From assembly GCA_008632985.1 (NCBI GenBank), contig QPGO01000092.1, forward strand, positions 248,001-312,000: a DNA stretch of 64,000 bases, in the 5' to 3' direction. Under the pieces are notes generated by a model. It saw only the letters and a program-made list of their open reading frames with translations. It was not told the DNA's origin and did not search any database. Shown one piece after another: positions 47,556 through 59,190 of this stretch (positions within the stretch are counted from its first letter, which is position 1; every line of letters begins with the position of its first letter). The position numbers were made by a program, and so were the translations under genes. The stretch is from Psammoneis japonica. Taxonomy: Eukaryota.

Positions 47556-50331
47556 CTTCTAGCCCCAGACTCCAAGCCAAGCAATGAGAGGAAGCTGTGG
47601 CTGGGTGAGTTGCGGAGGTCATCACGGAGGTGGACCAGCAAGGGACAGATGGGAGGCCAAGGACAGAGGACAGATGGACATGACGAGATCCCAGACATGA
47701 CCAATCCACGCATTGTTCCCTTGGCAGTCAGCATCAGAGGGGTTGCAACAACCATGGTCCACTGCAGCGACCATGCCTCATTGCAAAGTTGTTGCTCTGT
47801 TGATGATTGTCAAGGATCTGGGAGTGACATGTGTCCTCCACATGTTTGCTCTGTCAAATTCTGTGCTCATGATGGAGCAACTTGACTGAGATTCTGGAAC
47901 CGACTCATGAACAGTCATTGTTTCCGTCTCTCTTTTTTACTGTGCCAATGCAGCACTGCCTGATGCTGAGAGGATGGTCTCCTCTGTGTGACAAAAAGCC
48001 AATTTCTTGACAACCGCTCAGTGCATGGGTTGTGCCCTTGCCGACAGAACCAGCCGCATGCTGCCGGCCATGGTCAACCCCCTAGCTGGCACGAGGGTGG
48101 ATGTGCAAATGTGTGTGCATGTGAGTGCCCATTGAGAATGGTCTCTCTGTTCCTCCCTGGTTGTTCAACTGCCGGTCCCGCATGCTTGGCGCTTGACCAC
48201 TTTGTGTCCATCCATGCCACGAATGTTTTGATGCAGGCACGGAGCATGTTGGGTCCTCTGAGTGCCAGTGCCTGCTCACACAAGAGCAACCATCACGCAG
48301 GGTTTCATGGCTCACATTGTTTGCAGCCGTTGAAAATTTTGAAAATTCCTGTAAAACACCATGAGGAATTTAATCACGATTTTCGAAAGTCATGGACAGG
48401 ATGCTTCACACACAGAGTTCATGGTGGGAAACTTTGAGAGCATCTCCTCAAAATTTCCGAACTTGGTCAATCGCAACGGGTCTGTGAGGTTGTTGTTCAA
48501 TGACTGTGTTCACTCCTTCAGCCACTGCCATCCAGCGGGGTCGTGGTGCTGCTGACCAGCACCACATGACAGCTTTCCCTTTCTCAGACAAGAATGAAAT
48601 GGCACTGGTGTCTGTGCTTTGGCCTGGTGTGACCCATGAGGTTTGCCATGCCATCGCATCCAATCCGATGAAAGCAACCCAGTTTGCCTTTGTTTGCTCA
48701 AAGCGGATCATGATTCTTGCCCGCCCTCAAGTTTTTTTTACTTCGACAGAAGGGACTGCTTCTGTCATCAGGAGCTTGTTGAACGAGATTGGTGGTCATG
48801 CCCCAGTCTCTGTTGCTCTCAACTCCTTTCGAGCTTTGACGACTTCGCTCCTCCCAGTGTGATCGGCAACGGCTTTCCACCTTCCCAAGTTGGATCAGGT
48901 GCCGGACACTGTTGACAGCCCAACAACTCTGCCGGAGGATGACCGAGTCGCCTCTGTGGGGTGTCTGCTTTTTCCTCTGCCTGCAGCTGTGGAAGACCAC
49001 ATTTTGGTTCTGCCGCTGTTCCTGCCTCTGCCGCCAGGGAAGACTTTCCCTGGTGGCATTCCAGTGGGCGAGCCCACTCCTGAGTTGGACGTGGATTTCC
49101 CTGCTCTGGGAGCTGCATGGAAGCGTGGCATGCAACACATTGCAGCAAACAATGACCAGCATTCGGTCATGAAGGGTGGCCCTTTGTTCAACATGACCAA
49201 GATGGACGACACTGCAGAATTTGATGGTTTTGCACTCACGGATCGTCTGCTGCAGGTCACTGATGTTGCCATCCTGGCACCTGTCGCGGACTCCTGCCAT
49301 TTGGTCAAGCAGTCTGTGAAGGCTTTTGATGCCCTGGCGTGGGGCTCTCTGGGGTCCGACGCAGATGCAGATGATGCAGCAGTGCCAGCACCGGCAGTTG
49401 GTGGTGTTGGTGACAATGGCGGTGTGACAGTGTGACAAACAATCAAATTGCAGCGTTGTGTCAAGGGATCGCCGCGGCACCCCGCCCCCCCCACTTGGAA
49501 GGAAGAGGAGCATCTTGAGGTTGCCACTGAGCATGCCCCGCATTGGGGGTTGGTTGCAGGGTGCATTGCTCCTCCGCTGGAGAGCTGCACCCAGAATTCC
49601 TTGTGGTGCTCAAGGTTGCCGACAAATTCGTGGCCACGTGCAAATTTTAGGATCTGGTTGCCCACATCTTAGCTGGGTTGCATGCCCCAGCAGATCCTTT
49701 TTGGACAAGTTGACGCATCTTTTGCACGAGGTCATCAACGAAGCATTCACTGCAAGTGTGCGTTCGTTCCACGTGCACACTCAGCCTGCAACCTGCAGTG
49801 TGCAGGGAGGTGCTGATCCGCTGAGGCGGTGGCGCCGGGAATCCCACGGGGATTCTTCTAGCCCCAGACTCCAAGCCAAGCAATGAGAGGAAGCTGTGGC
49901 TGGGTGAGTCGCGGGGGTCATCACGGAGGCAGACCAGCAAGGGACAGATGGGAGGCCAAGGATGGAGGACAGACAGATGTGATGAGATCCTGGACATGAC
50001 CAATCCACACATTGTTCCCTTCTTGGCACCAGTCAGCATCAGAGGGGTTGCAGCCATGGTCCACTGCAGTGACCATGTCTCATTGCAAAATTATCCCACC
50101 ACATGCCCACCCTGGCTGTTTCGGCACAGTGCCGGACATCCTCTGTTTTGTCTGGGCTGCATTGCTGCAGACCTGCAGACTCGCACATCTGGGCTCCCAT
50201 TGGCTGCTGCTTCTACGGTGTGCAACTGCTGCTGTCCATTGCACACCTTAGATCTGGTGCTGTGGATCACTGTTGCACGTCATTGAGGTGCTGATCCGCT
50301 GAGGCAGTGGCCGGGAATCCCACGGGGATTC
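47556..50331 (+). mobile_element. Element with split direct repeats (A1 47556-47787; B1 49808-49855; A2 49855-50088; B2 50286-50331) around a broken ORF; Ngaro-like deletion derivative
   Basis: A = cttctagccccagactccaagccaagcaatgagagg...ctcattgcaaa; B = ggtgctgatccgctgaggc.gtggc..cgggaatcccacggggattc; internal ORF fragments 48500-49435. Confidence 0.6.
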
Positions 50332-52768
50332 GCCGAAAGGATTTGAGATTTTTCATGGTTGGGCGCGTGTGCAGTCTTTGCTTGCTTGTCTGTGTGTGTG
50401 TGCCATGCGTGCGTGCGTGCATGCAATTTCCTCGCGATGACGACTTTGCGTGCGCGACGCGACACTTCCTCACCAAATCAATCTTTCAATTGAGTCGAGT
50501 GATTCGAGAAGTCGTTGCACCTGCCACCGGCCACACAGTCGTGGATGATCTAACGGTTTTTTTGAAATTTTCCTGCCAGAAAATTGCGTGCAAGAGCAGT
50601 GCAAATTTTTCCAGGTGGTGCTTCTAAAAATCTCAGAATGGCACTCACTGCTGCCGGTGCGCAGGTTTGCCGGCACCAACCATGATGAACTGATTCATTC
50701 GTTGAGAACACTTCCTGTTGCTCATCCGCTGCATTCCATTCTTCTCTTGCAGATGTTTCAATTCTGTGTCTGTCAAAGCATCGCGTCGTCACCGCTTCAC
50801 AATGGAACACAGGAATCTGGTGGTGTTTGACACCAACGCAAATGGAGTCACCAAAAGATCTGCGGCCTGCAAGAATGAAGCAACGAAACTGCTGCAGAAT
50901 CTGTTCCCTTGACTTTCCTGCAGAGCGACAGGAAAAGTTTTCGACGACGTCGACTTTCAGTTTCCGTTGGCTTGCAACACTCTGGAAGCAATTTGGGCTG
51001 TCTTCCCCAATGACATGGCGGTCGCAAATGTGCATCCACGGGCCATGCTGACTGGCGTCAAAACATTCCTCAAGAAAGATCGCATCAAGAATGCGAAGCG
51101 GGTCAGCAACGCTTTGCTCTTGCAAGAGATTGACACTGTCCCGCAGCTCAACACGAAAGAGAACCGCCCTCCTCCTCCCGGGGTAGACTCCATCGAACTG
51201 CGCGACAACTTGAAGGCACCATCCTCCTCAAGAACACTCTGCGAATGCGGGTGCTGCTTTGGAGACGACTTCAAAGTTGAGGATGTGAGCGAATGCAGCG
51301 CGAAAAAAGGACGCTGCTGCTGCAACGATTGCACTCATCAACATGCAAGCGAGCAGCTGGATGGGAACAACAGCACGTCTTTCTGCTGCATCGTTGATCC
51401 AACGTGCAAAGCTGCTCATGGAGTGGTGACTTGTTTGGATCAAGTTTTCTCTCCAAACCTCCGAAAGCGCGTCAATGATCGGGCAACCCGAGAGCACATC
51501 AAGAAAGCGGGCCTTCTCGGCAGAGACGAGCTGTGGCACGTTGTTTCTTCTGATTGGTTTCCCCTCTGATGCGATTTGCTGCAGCTTTCTCACGATTCGC
51601 TTTTTCTCAATCCACCGTTGCTGCTTGAAGGACCTGCTCGACTTGTGAATGCTTGGGATTTCTCGAAGGGAGGCATCCAACGGTCTTCTGCCCCCCTTGC
51701 AAGAGAGAGTGCTGCCGCAAATGCCGTGAGCCAGCGCACCATGGAAGTTCTTGCGAGGACGTCAAGGCTGAGAAGGAACGCAAGAAAGACCCCATTCACC
51801 GTGCGGAAGAGAGGGTGTCCACAGCGACTGTGCGCAAGTGTCCAAAATGCTCTGCTGAACTCCAGAAATGCGATGGCTGCAACAAAATCACTTGTGCAAA
51901 ATGCAAAGCCTTCAGCTGCCACCTTTGCCGTGCACAAATCGAAGGCTGCGGTCACTTTTGCCGCGTCTTCGATTGTGATCGCAGTTGCAACAAATGCCAC
52001 TTGTGGGAAGACGCCAAGAAAGTTGATCGCCAGGCTCGCAAACAAGCCTGCCTTGCTGTCCCACGCGATGAAGCAGGCCACACGGACGAGCAGATTGCAA
52101 AGACAGGATTGCTCTCGCCAAAGGACAAGGCAGAGGGCAAGAAGACGAAGAAAGCCGCAGTCAGACCGCCGGCCTTTTTGCAAGAAGCAGCTTTCCCGCC
52201 CGTCCCCGATGCGGTGCCCCGCCCCATTGCCGCTGCTGCGGCTGCTCCTCTGCCACCTCATGTGCGGCCACGTGATGCAGCTGTCCCGCCCGTCCCCAAT
52301 GCGGCGCCCCATCCTGTTGCCGCTGCTCCTCAGCCACCTGATGTGCGGCCACGTGACGCAAGAGCCTGCATTATATCGTGAGTCTGATGATCATGATACA
52401 TTATAACGTTCTTTCACGTAATGTATCGTGAGCTTTCCCGCAACTAGAGAGAGAAGAGTCGTGTGTCTGATGTTGAATCGAAAGGCACAGAAAATAGCGA
52501 GAGGTTCTGCTCCGTGATTTGAATGATTTTGACGTATATCATCAGGTAGTCGATGTAACGATAGAAGATCTTGTGCGCACTTGAACTCCCCTGTTTTCGT
52601 TGCGACATAGCGATTGCATGTGAAACGGACTTACGATTTATTTGCGAAGAACAATTTCGCCGTTTTTTCTTGTCGGGGAATGACGAGCCCTTTCTTGCAT
52701 TAAGGCCGATCCAGTTGAACATGCTAGTTGACAGCTAGCACCAGACTGAGGTTTGAGCTAAATCCTGC
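50331..52768 (+). repeat. Segmental duplication, copy B
   Basis: Collinear with 37514-40460. Confidence 0.95.
50750..52381 (+). pseudogene. RBR E3 ligase pseudogene, copy B (extra TGA near 50910)
   Basis: Same RING-IBR-RING motifs as copy A in ORFs 50967..51569 and 51653..52381. Confidence 0.85.
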
Positions 52769-52789
52769 ATTGTTTATCCTGGGTACCAT

Positions 52790-53275
52790 TGGTTGACCCA
52801 ATCAGCGGACAGCTCTCTGGAAGGTCTGTTTCTCTGAATGACAGCAGTTTGGTCATGGCAGTGGGCGCTCCAGGAGTGAGCTCTAGTGCTCTGATATAAT
52901 GATATACTGTACCTCCATGACCGTGTACAGCGGTAACATCGACGTGGACGCAACTTGGCGAACGCAAAGCAACGAAGCAAATAGATGGTGCCTTTGGATC
53001 TTCTGCATAGTTTAGCGGAAATGGAACTGTCGTGGCTGTTGGGAGTATTTTCCATGAGGTCAACTGTCTTTCAAGAGCGGGTCAAGTTGGAGTCTTTCGT
53101 TATGACGAAACCGCAATGGAATGGAATCAGCTTGGCGAACGTCTTACTGGCAAGGCGCAAGACGATTTTTTTGGGTTTCTGTTTCTTTGTCTGCAGACGG
53201 TGACGAGGTGGGTATTGGGGCTAGTTTAAGCGATTCCAATGCAGAGGATTCGGGGTCCACGCAGGCATTCTCTTA
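52790..53275 (+). pseudogene. Frameshifted C-terminal fragment of an FG-GAP-like beta-propeller repeat protein
   Basis: Across frames: SVSLN...VMAVGAP, FG...SGNGTVVAVGS, GQVGVFRYD...WNQLGERLTG...DDFFG.SVSLSADGDEVGIGA. TpA content is normal. Confidence 0.6.
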
Positions 53276-53435
53276 AGTAGATATAGGTACATAGTGCCGG
53301 TACAAGAGGTTGATATTTTGAAATGTCACGTTGCCGTCGCATATCTGAGAATCTACCGGCAGCGTCGATAGTTGCAGACGAGTTACGCTTACGTCGCTGG
53401 TAACTCTCAACTCCAGTAAAGTTATATTTTCCTCT

Positions 53436-55436
53436 CTAGAATCCTCCAGCACCCCGAGACTCTTCTGCTTCGACACTGGGCTTCTTGCTGTGAATACTGA
53501 ACTTGTCTCGTTTGATGTCCGTCACAAAAGGTGTCCAATGAAGTTTAGAGGCATCCACTCGCGGTTCCTTGACTGGGTGCTTCTTGGCGAGTCGCTCCAG
53601 CAAGCTTTGTTCAGCAGCAATGAAATAAACTCCATTGATAATTTTCAGAATACCCAACTGATTCAGTGTAAAGACAATGTCTTCGGCCATGATGCTTGTC
53701 TTCTTGGAAATATCCATTATGCTCATGTGGTTGACTCCCTCGGAATGATTGTACAAGAAATCGATAACCGTTGACACCCAATACGGAATATACGCTTTCT
53801 GGCCCAGATCTGACATTGGTTTTTCGGGCGAGCCCACCTTTTCTTCCTTTTTGCTCAACTCGTACGAAAAGGAAATGAGAAAGCGTCCGTACCCCTTTCG
53901 CTGTTGGGACGGAAAAGTCAGAATACAGGCAAGATTGTAGCCCACGTCAGAATACTTCTCCTTGCTAAAGTATCCCACGGGATGATACCCACGATTGTCC
54001 ACCTCGCACAAAACGTAAAACAAAAAAGGATCCACGTCAAAGTAGAGCGTTTTGTGATCCAAAAAGAGTTTCGCAATGTAGCAGAGGTTTTGGCAATAGA
54101 TACGCTCGGACAAACCATCCACTTCAAACATGGACAAGTTCCCACTCCGATAAATCTCATTGCCTGGCGGATGTCGTTGATTCTTTGGTAGCTCCCGCGC
54201 TTGGTAACGTAGCAATTCACTCTTGCGCGAGAACAAGTGTAAGGAGAACTCACAGCAATACAAGATTTCAATGTATCCCTTTTCGGACAAGAGTTCCTTG
54301 GGCAGTGGTGAAAAGTACCACGTTTCCATACGATAGGGCCCGAGTTCCAGGAAGGAGACATTCTTGACTTTGGTGACTTCCTCGTGCTCTCGTAGCGACG
54401 CTTCATCCAATCCCTCGTGCTCGTCCAGTTCTTGAGCCGGTACCGTGGCAACCACGTGTTCGCCCACCACCGTTTCTTCTGCCGCATGAGTGGCAATGGT
54501 CAAAACTTCCTTGGCGGTATCATCGTCCGAAGCGGTGCTGCCAGCGGGAGGCGTCGTCGCGTCCGCTGGCGAACGACCTGCCGGAGCCTTTTCAGTTGAC
54601 TCGTTCTCCGCTTTGCGTCGCCGTGTCATGCGTGGTGTTGTAGTTGCTGACGCTGGATCCGAGACCGTAGCTGCAGCAGCGTCGGCAGACGATTCCGCAG
54701 CTAAAGTAGTGGTAGGAGTAGCACCTCCCACGGCGGCTTCCATCTGTCCCGGTGTTCCTGTAGCCGCTGTATTGTTCTCAATCGAAGGTGTTTTCACACT
54801 GGATCGTCTCCGACTGCTGCGAGGTGCGTTAATGGTTGCCGCTGAGGAAGCTAATTCTGCATTCCGTTCCTCCAATCGCGCTTGCTTTCGTTTTTGACGT
54901 TCTTCCTCCTTTTTAATGGCTCGAGCCTTGGCATTCCCAATGGAAGGAGGCGATACAATACGCTCCATACCAACCCATTCGTCCATGCGTCGATTGAAGT
55001 CGCGGTAATGCACATAATAACGATACTTATCACCGACAGCAACACGATCAATAATGTCACAGAGGCGCACGGTTGTGCCGTGGGGATGATGTGCTCGGAC
55101 ACTAGGCCCACTGCCGGCTCGTCCGTCGACTGTAGCATCATCATCCTCTTCTTCTTCGGACGAAGACGACGTTAACCAGTGATCCTCATTTTCCTCCTGA
55201 ACACCGTGTAAAACCTCAATCACAGATCCACGAGCAAATGGATGTGCATCAATACCCCCAGCAGGTGTCGGAGTGGAAGACTGCGATGGAGCAGGCGCTG
55301 ATTGCTTGCTCTTGGTGGAAGCCTTTGTTTTCTTTTGCTTGCCTTCTCGAGAAGCAGCATTCGGTGATGGAGACGCAGACGTCTTGCTCTTTTCGTCCAC
55401 CTCCATATCGTCTTTTTCTGGCTTATTACTACCCAT
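53436..55436 (-). CDS. MYST-family histone acetyltransferase (Esa1/Tip60-like) with Tudor-knot chromodomain
   Basis: YYVHYRDFNRRMDEWV, METWYFSP, HPPGNEIYR, YCQNLCYIAKLFLDHKTLYFDVDPF, QRKGYGRFLI, GSPEKPMSDLG; first ATG at 55436. Confidence 0.96.
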   Translation of the reverse strand: MGSNKPEKDDMEVDEKSKTSASPSPNAASREGKQKKTKASTKSKQSAPAPSQSSTPTPAGGIDAHPFARGSVIEVLHGVQEENEDHWLTSSSSEEEEDDDATVDGRAGSGPSVRAHHPHGTTVRLCDIIDRVAVGDKYRYYVHYRDFNRRMDEWVGMERIVSPPSIGNAKARAIKKEEERQKRKQARLEERNAELASSAATINAPRSSRRRSSVKTPSIENNTAATGTPGQMEAAVGGATPTTTLAAESSADAAAATVSDPASATTTPRMTRRRKAENESTEKAPAGRSPADATTPPAGSTASDDDTAKEVLTIATHAAEETVVGEHVVATVPAQELDEHEGLDEASLREHEEVTKVKNVSFLELGPYRMETWYFSPLPKELLSEKGYIEILYCCEFSLHLFSRKSELLRYQARELPKNQRHPPGNEIYRSGNLSMFEVDGLSERIYCQNLCYIAKLFLDHKTLYFDVDPFLFYVLCEVDNRGYHPVGYFSKEKYSDVGYNLACILTFPSQQRKGYGRFLISFSYELSKKEEKVGSPEKPMSDLGQKAYIPYWVSTVIDFLYNHSEGVNHMSIMDISKKTSIMAEDIVFTLNQLGILKIINGVYFIAAEQSLLERLAKKHPVKEPRVDASKLHWTPFVTDIKRDKFSIHSKKPSVEAEESRGAGGF

Positions 55437-55807
55437 GATGGGAACGAGTGATTTAAAAACGTGTTTTCTTGGCACTTAGCTTCAAAACACGGCAAAACAA
55501 GCGCTTGCTTCAATGAAGATTATCATACGGTTACGCCATGGTGGATGCGGTGCGGGGTGCGGGGTAGTGTGTTTTTGTTTGTGTGTCTGTGTATTGCGGC
55601 GGGTTGACACAGACGCCGCCACGCCGCGGTCGCTCGCGCGCAACTACTCTGCGCGCAATCCGACCGCATCCTACCTTTGATGGGGATCAAAGATATCAAA
55701 GACATCAAAGATAGTCTCAACTACTTCTACGTACTCACGGCAAAGACAAGTCAAAGATCTGTTTTCTGTTCTGGTTTACTGCGATCCTGTATTTCATATA
55801 GTCGATC

Positions 55808-57152
55808 ATGACAAGGAGTAAAGCTTTGAAGATTCTTGCTGCCACTTTGTTGTTGCATGCAAATTTTCATTTCAGCAGCAGCAGCGTGGCGAACGCCAAA
55901 CACCATCCATACAAACGCAAGACGTGGCACAACCTTAATGTTTTTGAGGGTGATATTTTGCCCGAGTACAACCAGATATTGAAATGCTATGGTGCGAACA
56001 CTACAGCCGAGTTGGTTGACAAGGGAATTTTGGTGGTTCCCAAGAAGAGCAAAAGCAACCCAAATGCTGAGGTGCGACCATTGGCAAGGTTGGGGCGCGA
56101 CTACTACGGCCTCTGGCCCACTCGCATTAAAGACGTGACGGTGATTCCCTATGAGATTGACGAGGGTGCCTTTTCTGCCAGAGAACGGTCCATCATCGAA
56201 CAGACAACGCAGGACATTTCGCAGCAGCTAAAGGTTGTCCAGTTTGTGCCCCGAAGGGTAGGACACAAAGCGTTGCCCTATTTGACTTTTAAATCGGACA
56301 GAATTCGTCGTACAATTCCTTATCTTGCACAGTATCCAGCCTGTTGGACTCACGTTGGGTGGCAGAAGGACACCAGCAAAAACAATGTAATTAATCTGGA
56401 GGGCTCGTATTGCATCTCAACAGGATTTATCAAGCATGAATTGTTGCATGCCCTTGGCATGTGGCACACTCCGAGTCGGTGGGATCGCGACTCGTACCTG
56501 ACAATCGTTTTGGGAAAACGTTGAGCCAGGTCTTGAGTATTATTTTCACAAACGGATCCACAACGACATGCTGGGATTCCCGTACTTTGACTACGCATCA
56601 ATTATGAACAATAATAATAACGAATATTCCAGAAATGGAAGCGATACCATGGTGGAACCCGTAACGACTGGAATACTGCTAGACTTGTCCAAAGGCGACA
56701 TTTTGTGGATTCATTTGCTCTACCAATGTCAGTCGGGACCCCGCACGTATCAAGACTATTTGGCGAATCCCTGCACTGAAGATTGCCCATGCTGGGAGCA
56801 AGACGACATACGTACTACCGACGATGCAGTGATCATGAATTGCCACGGAAATGATAGTGCCTGTCAAGGCGACCTTGTTTGCTCACTGCAGACGGATCAG
56901 TGCGTTCTTGCACCAAAACGTGGTGACAGCACCGCTGAAGACGTACAACTGTGGTCGTCGCCACAGGTCGCCACCGGTGGTGGATTTTCTTATATCCGTT
57001 CATTCATTAGGGCCGCGCTATTACTCTTGGCCATGGTTGGATTTGCGCATATTAGTAGAATTGCAAGGCGGGGTGCTGGTGCTGGTGACGGCACAGGCTT
57101 GACTGCTCATCATGACCCACGAGAATACGGGAGTATTCCCCGAAGCAATTGA
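55808..57152 (+). CDS. Astacin-family (M12A) zinc metalloprotease with signal peptide, Cys-rich module and C-terminal TM; one +1 frameshift at ~56510
   Basis: FEGDI propeptide motif, HELLHALGMWH..SR.DRD, FDYASIM. Removing one base in gttttggg gives a continuous IVWENVEPG... frame. Confidence 0.85.
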
Positions 57153-57227
57153 GTTTCAGTCTCATGTCGTCGCCAAACCAGAGGTGCAGAATTAAATAAT
57201 GTAAACAGGTTTATTATTTTGAACTCT

Positions 57228-58724
57228 TTAGGATAACTCAATGTCATGCCCATACTGTCTACCCCGATACGGTTCTTGGTAGTCCACTGTACTAAGACTA
57301 CCATAATGTGAGCTTCCAAATACCTTTCGAAACGGCAGCAAGAGGAACTTGAAAAAGCAGCAAAACAGAGTAATAGCAAGCCGGCAAATGCTACAAAAAG
57401 GAAATAACAAACGCGCAAGAATAGAGTGTCAGTCGAAATAATAATGCACGTTTCCTATTACTGCAAAACCTCAATGGAGCCATTCTTACCTGGCACAAAT
57501 TCCATCTGGATTGTCTGACATTTGATGCGCTGTAAAGACCATTCCTACAATAGCCAATATAACACCAAAGGTTCCAATACTCAGTACCTCCCGTTCCTCC
57601 TCATGCATCAGTTCCTCGACCTGCTCTTCTTCGTGATCCTCTTCTTCGCCAATATGCTTGTCCTCGATATCCTGGATCTCCTCATTGTCAATTTCAGGTG
57701 GCACATACGTCGACGAAGATGTATCAATGGCAGGTTCATCCGACCAATCCAAATTATCATCGGGAATGGGTTCCCGGTTTTCCTCCTCCTCCTCTTTGGT
57801 GGGCGTGTCCTCGCTCTCTGGAATCGGTTCTCGCTCCTCTTCAGGCTCGCCAGGCTCTTCGTCCTCGTTTTCTCCTTTTGTTTCTGGCTCCTCGGGTGTC
57901 TCCTCGGGCGTTTCTTCCGATACAGGTTCCTCCTCCTCGTCTACTGGATCCTCTTCTTGCGCAACTTCTTCTTCCGGTGCAGGTTCCTCCTCCTCCTCGT
58001 CTGCAGGTTCCTCCTCTTCGGCAGGTGTCTTCTCCTCCGCAGGTTCCTCCTCCTCCTCCTCAGGTGTTTCTTCTTCCTCCACAGGTTCCTTCTCTTTTGG
58101 TTCAGGTTCCTCTGTCGGTTCTTCACCGTTTGCCGGCTCTGGTTCTGATGATTTTGCTGCTTTTTGTTTTGGTGTCGGGTCCTTTTCTGATTCCTTTTCT
58201 TCATACTCATCCTCTGGAACCTCCGCGGGCGGCTCCTCGTATTCCTCCTCCTCTCCTTCTACTGTTTCTTCCGCAGGTTCTTCTTCCTTTGGTTCCTCGC
58301 TATGCGTTTTGGTAACTGCTGGCTTTGTCTCTGGAGCTGGAATTTCAACCGTGGATTCGTCCTTTGCGTGACTTGACGACGTTATAATCTCGGGTGTTTC
58401 CTCCTGCACCGGCTCTTCTTCTTCTACCACTGGTTCTTCCTTTGTTTGTTCATGTTTTTCTGTTTCCTCCTTCTTTTCGTCCTTGTCATTGTGATCATGA
58501 TGCTCTTCTTCTTCATCATCTTCGTCTGAACTACTGCCATCGTGAAGCCACCGTGGTGAAGATGGATCGATATTCAATAACGATGCAACTGTTGTTGTCG
58601 ATGCAACATCGTGTTTCTTTACTCTTCTTAAATATTGTTGACATGTAACGGCAAGAGGACAAGCCACCACCAATAGCAGCAGCAATAACAAGCATACAAG
58701 CCGCCGCATAGTTCCAGAAGTCAT
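57228..58724 (-). CDS. Secreted-type, highly acidic (Glu/Pro-rich) membrane protein; two exons, intron 57391-57489
   Basis: Hydrophobic signal, EEEP repeats, TM GTFGVILAIVGMVF. GTAAG...TTTGTAG splice joins NPDGICA-SICRLAITLFCCFFKFLLLPFR...DIELS*. Start codon uncertain. Confidence 0.85.
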
Positions 58725-59190
58725 TGCGTGTATGTCAAGCGATCTCTCTGCGGGGTGTGGTGTGTTTTTCGTCATTTTCAGAGTGTTATTTCCTGCTGAC
58801 GTCAAGCACGTGGTTGCAAGATCGAAAGGTCTGTACGTCGACACAGCATTGTTCACTCTCACCGGTCAAGTTACGATTCAGTTTATTTTCAAATATTAAT
58901 ACAATCATGATTTATATAGTATTCATTCAATTAGTACATTTTGGAAATTTCGATCTCTACTATCAAACAACAAGTGCCCAACGTGCGGTCGTCGAATTTT
59001 GCGTTGAGGCGATCCACGTAAAAGTTGCAAGAAGCAAAAAGTCTTTGTGTTGCCGACGAACTGCGAACGCAACAACGACGTTGCTGTTGTTGCAGCATTG
59101 TTGTTATTATCCTCTTTATTACAACAGCACAAGTAGTGAGCTCATCACTGTCTCTACTTGATTCTACTCATGTCATTTGCATTCGTCCAG

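Noticed and set aside
33313..55436. NSUN methyltransferase or MYST acetyltransferase as the local effector of the hypermutation
   Set aside because: Both look like ordinary housekeeping genes. Adjacency is not evidence in a eukaryote, and no deaminase gene was seen in the window.
55685..55712. 9-bp tandem repeat (atcaaagat x3) in the MYST/astacin divergent intergenic region
   Set aside because: Simple short repeat with no evidence of function
57522..58371. Long plus-strand ORFs (Ser-rich or Leu/Phe-rich)
   Set aside because: Antisense shadows of the Glu/Pro-rich minus-strand gene
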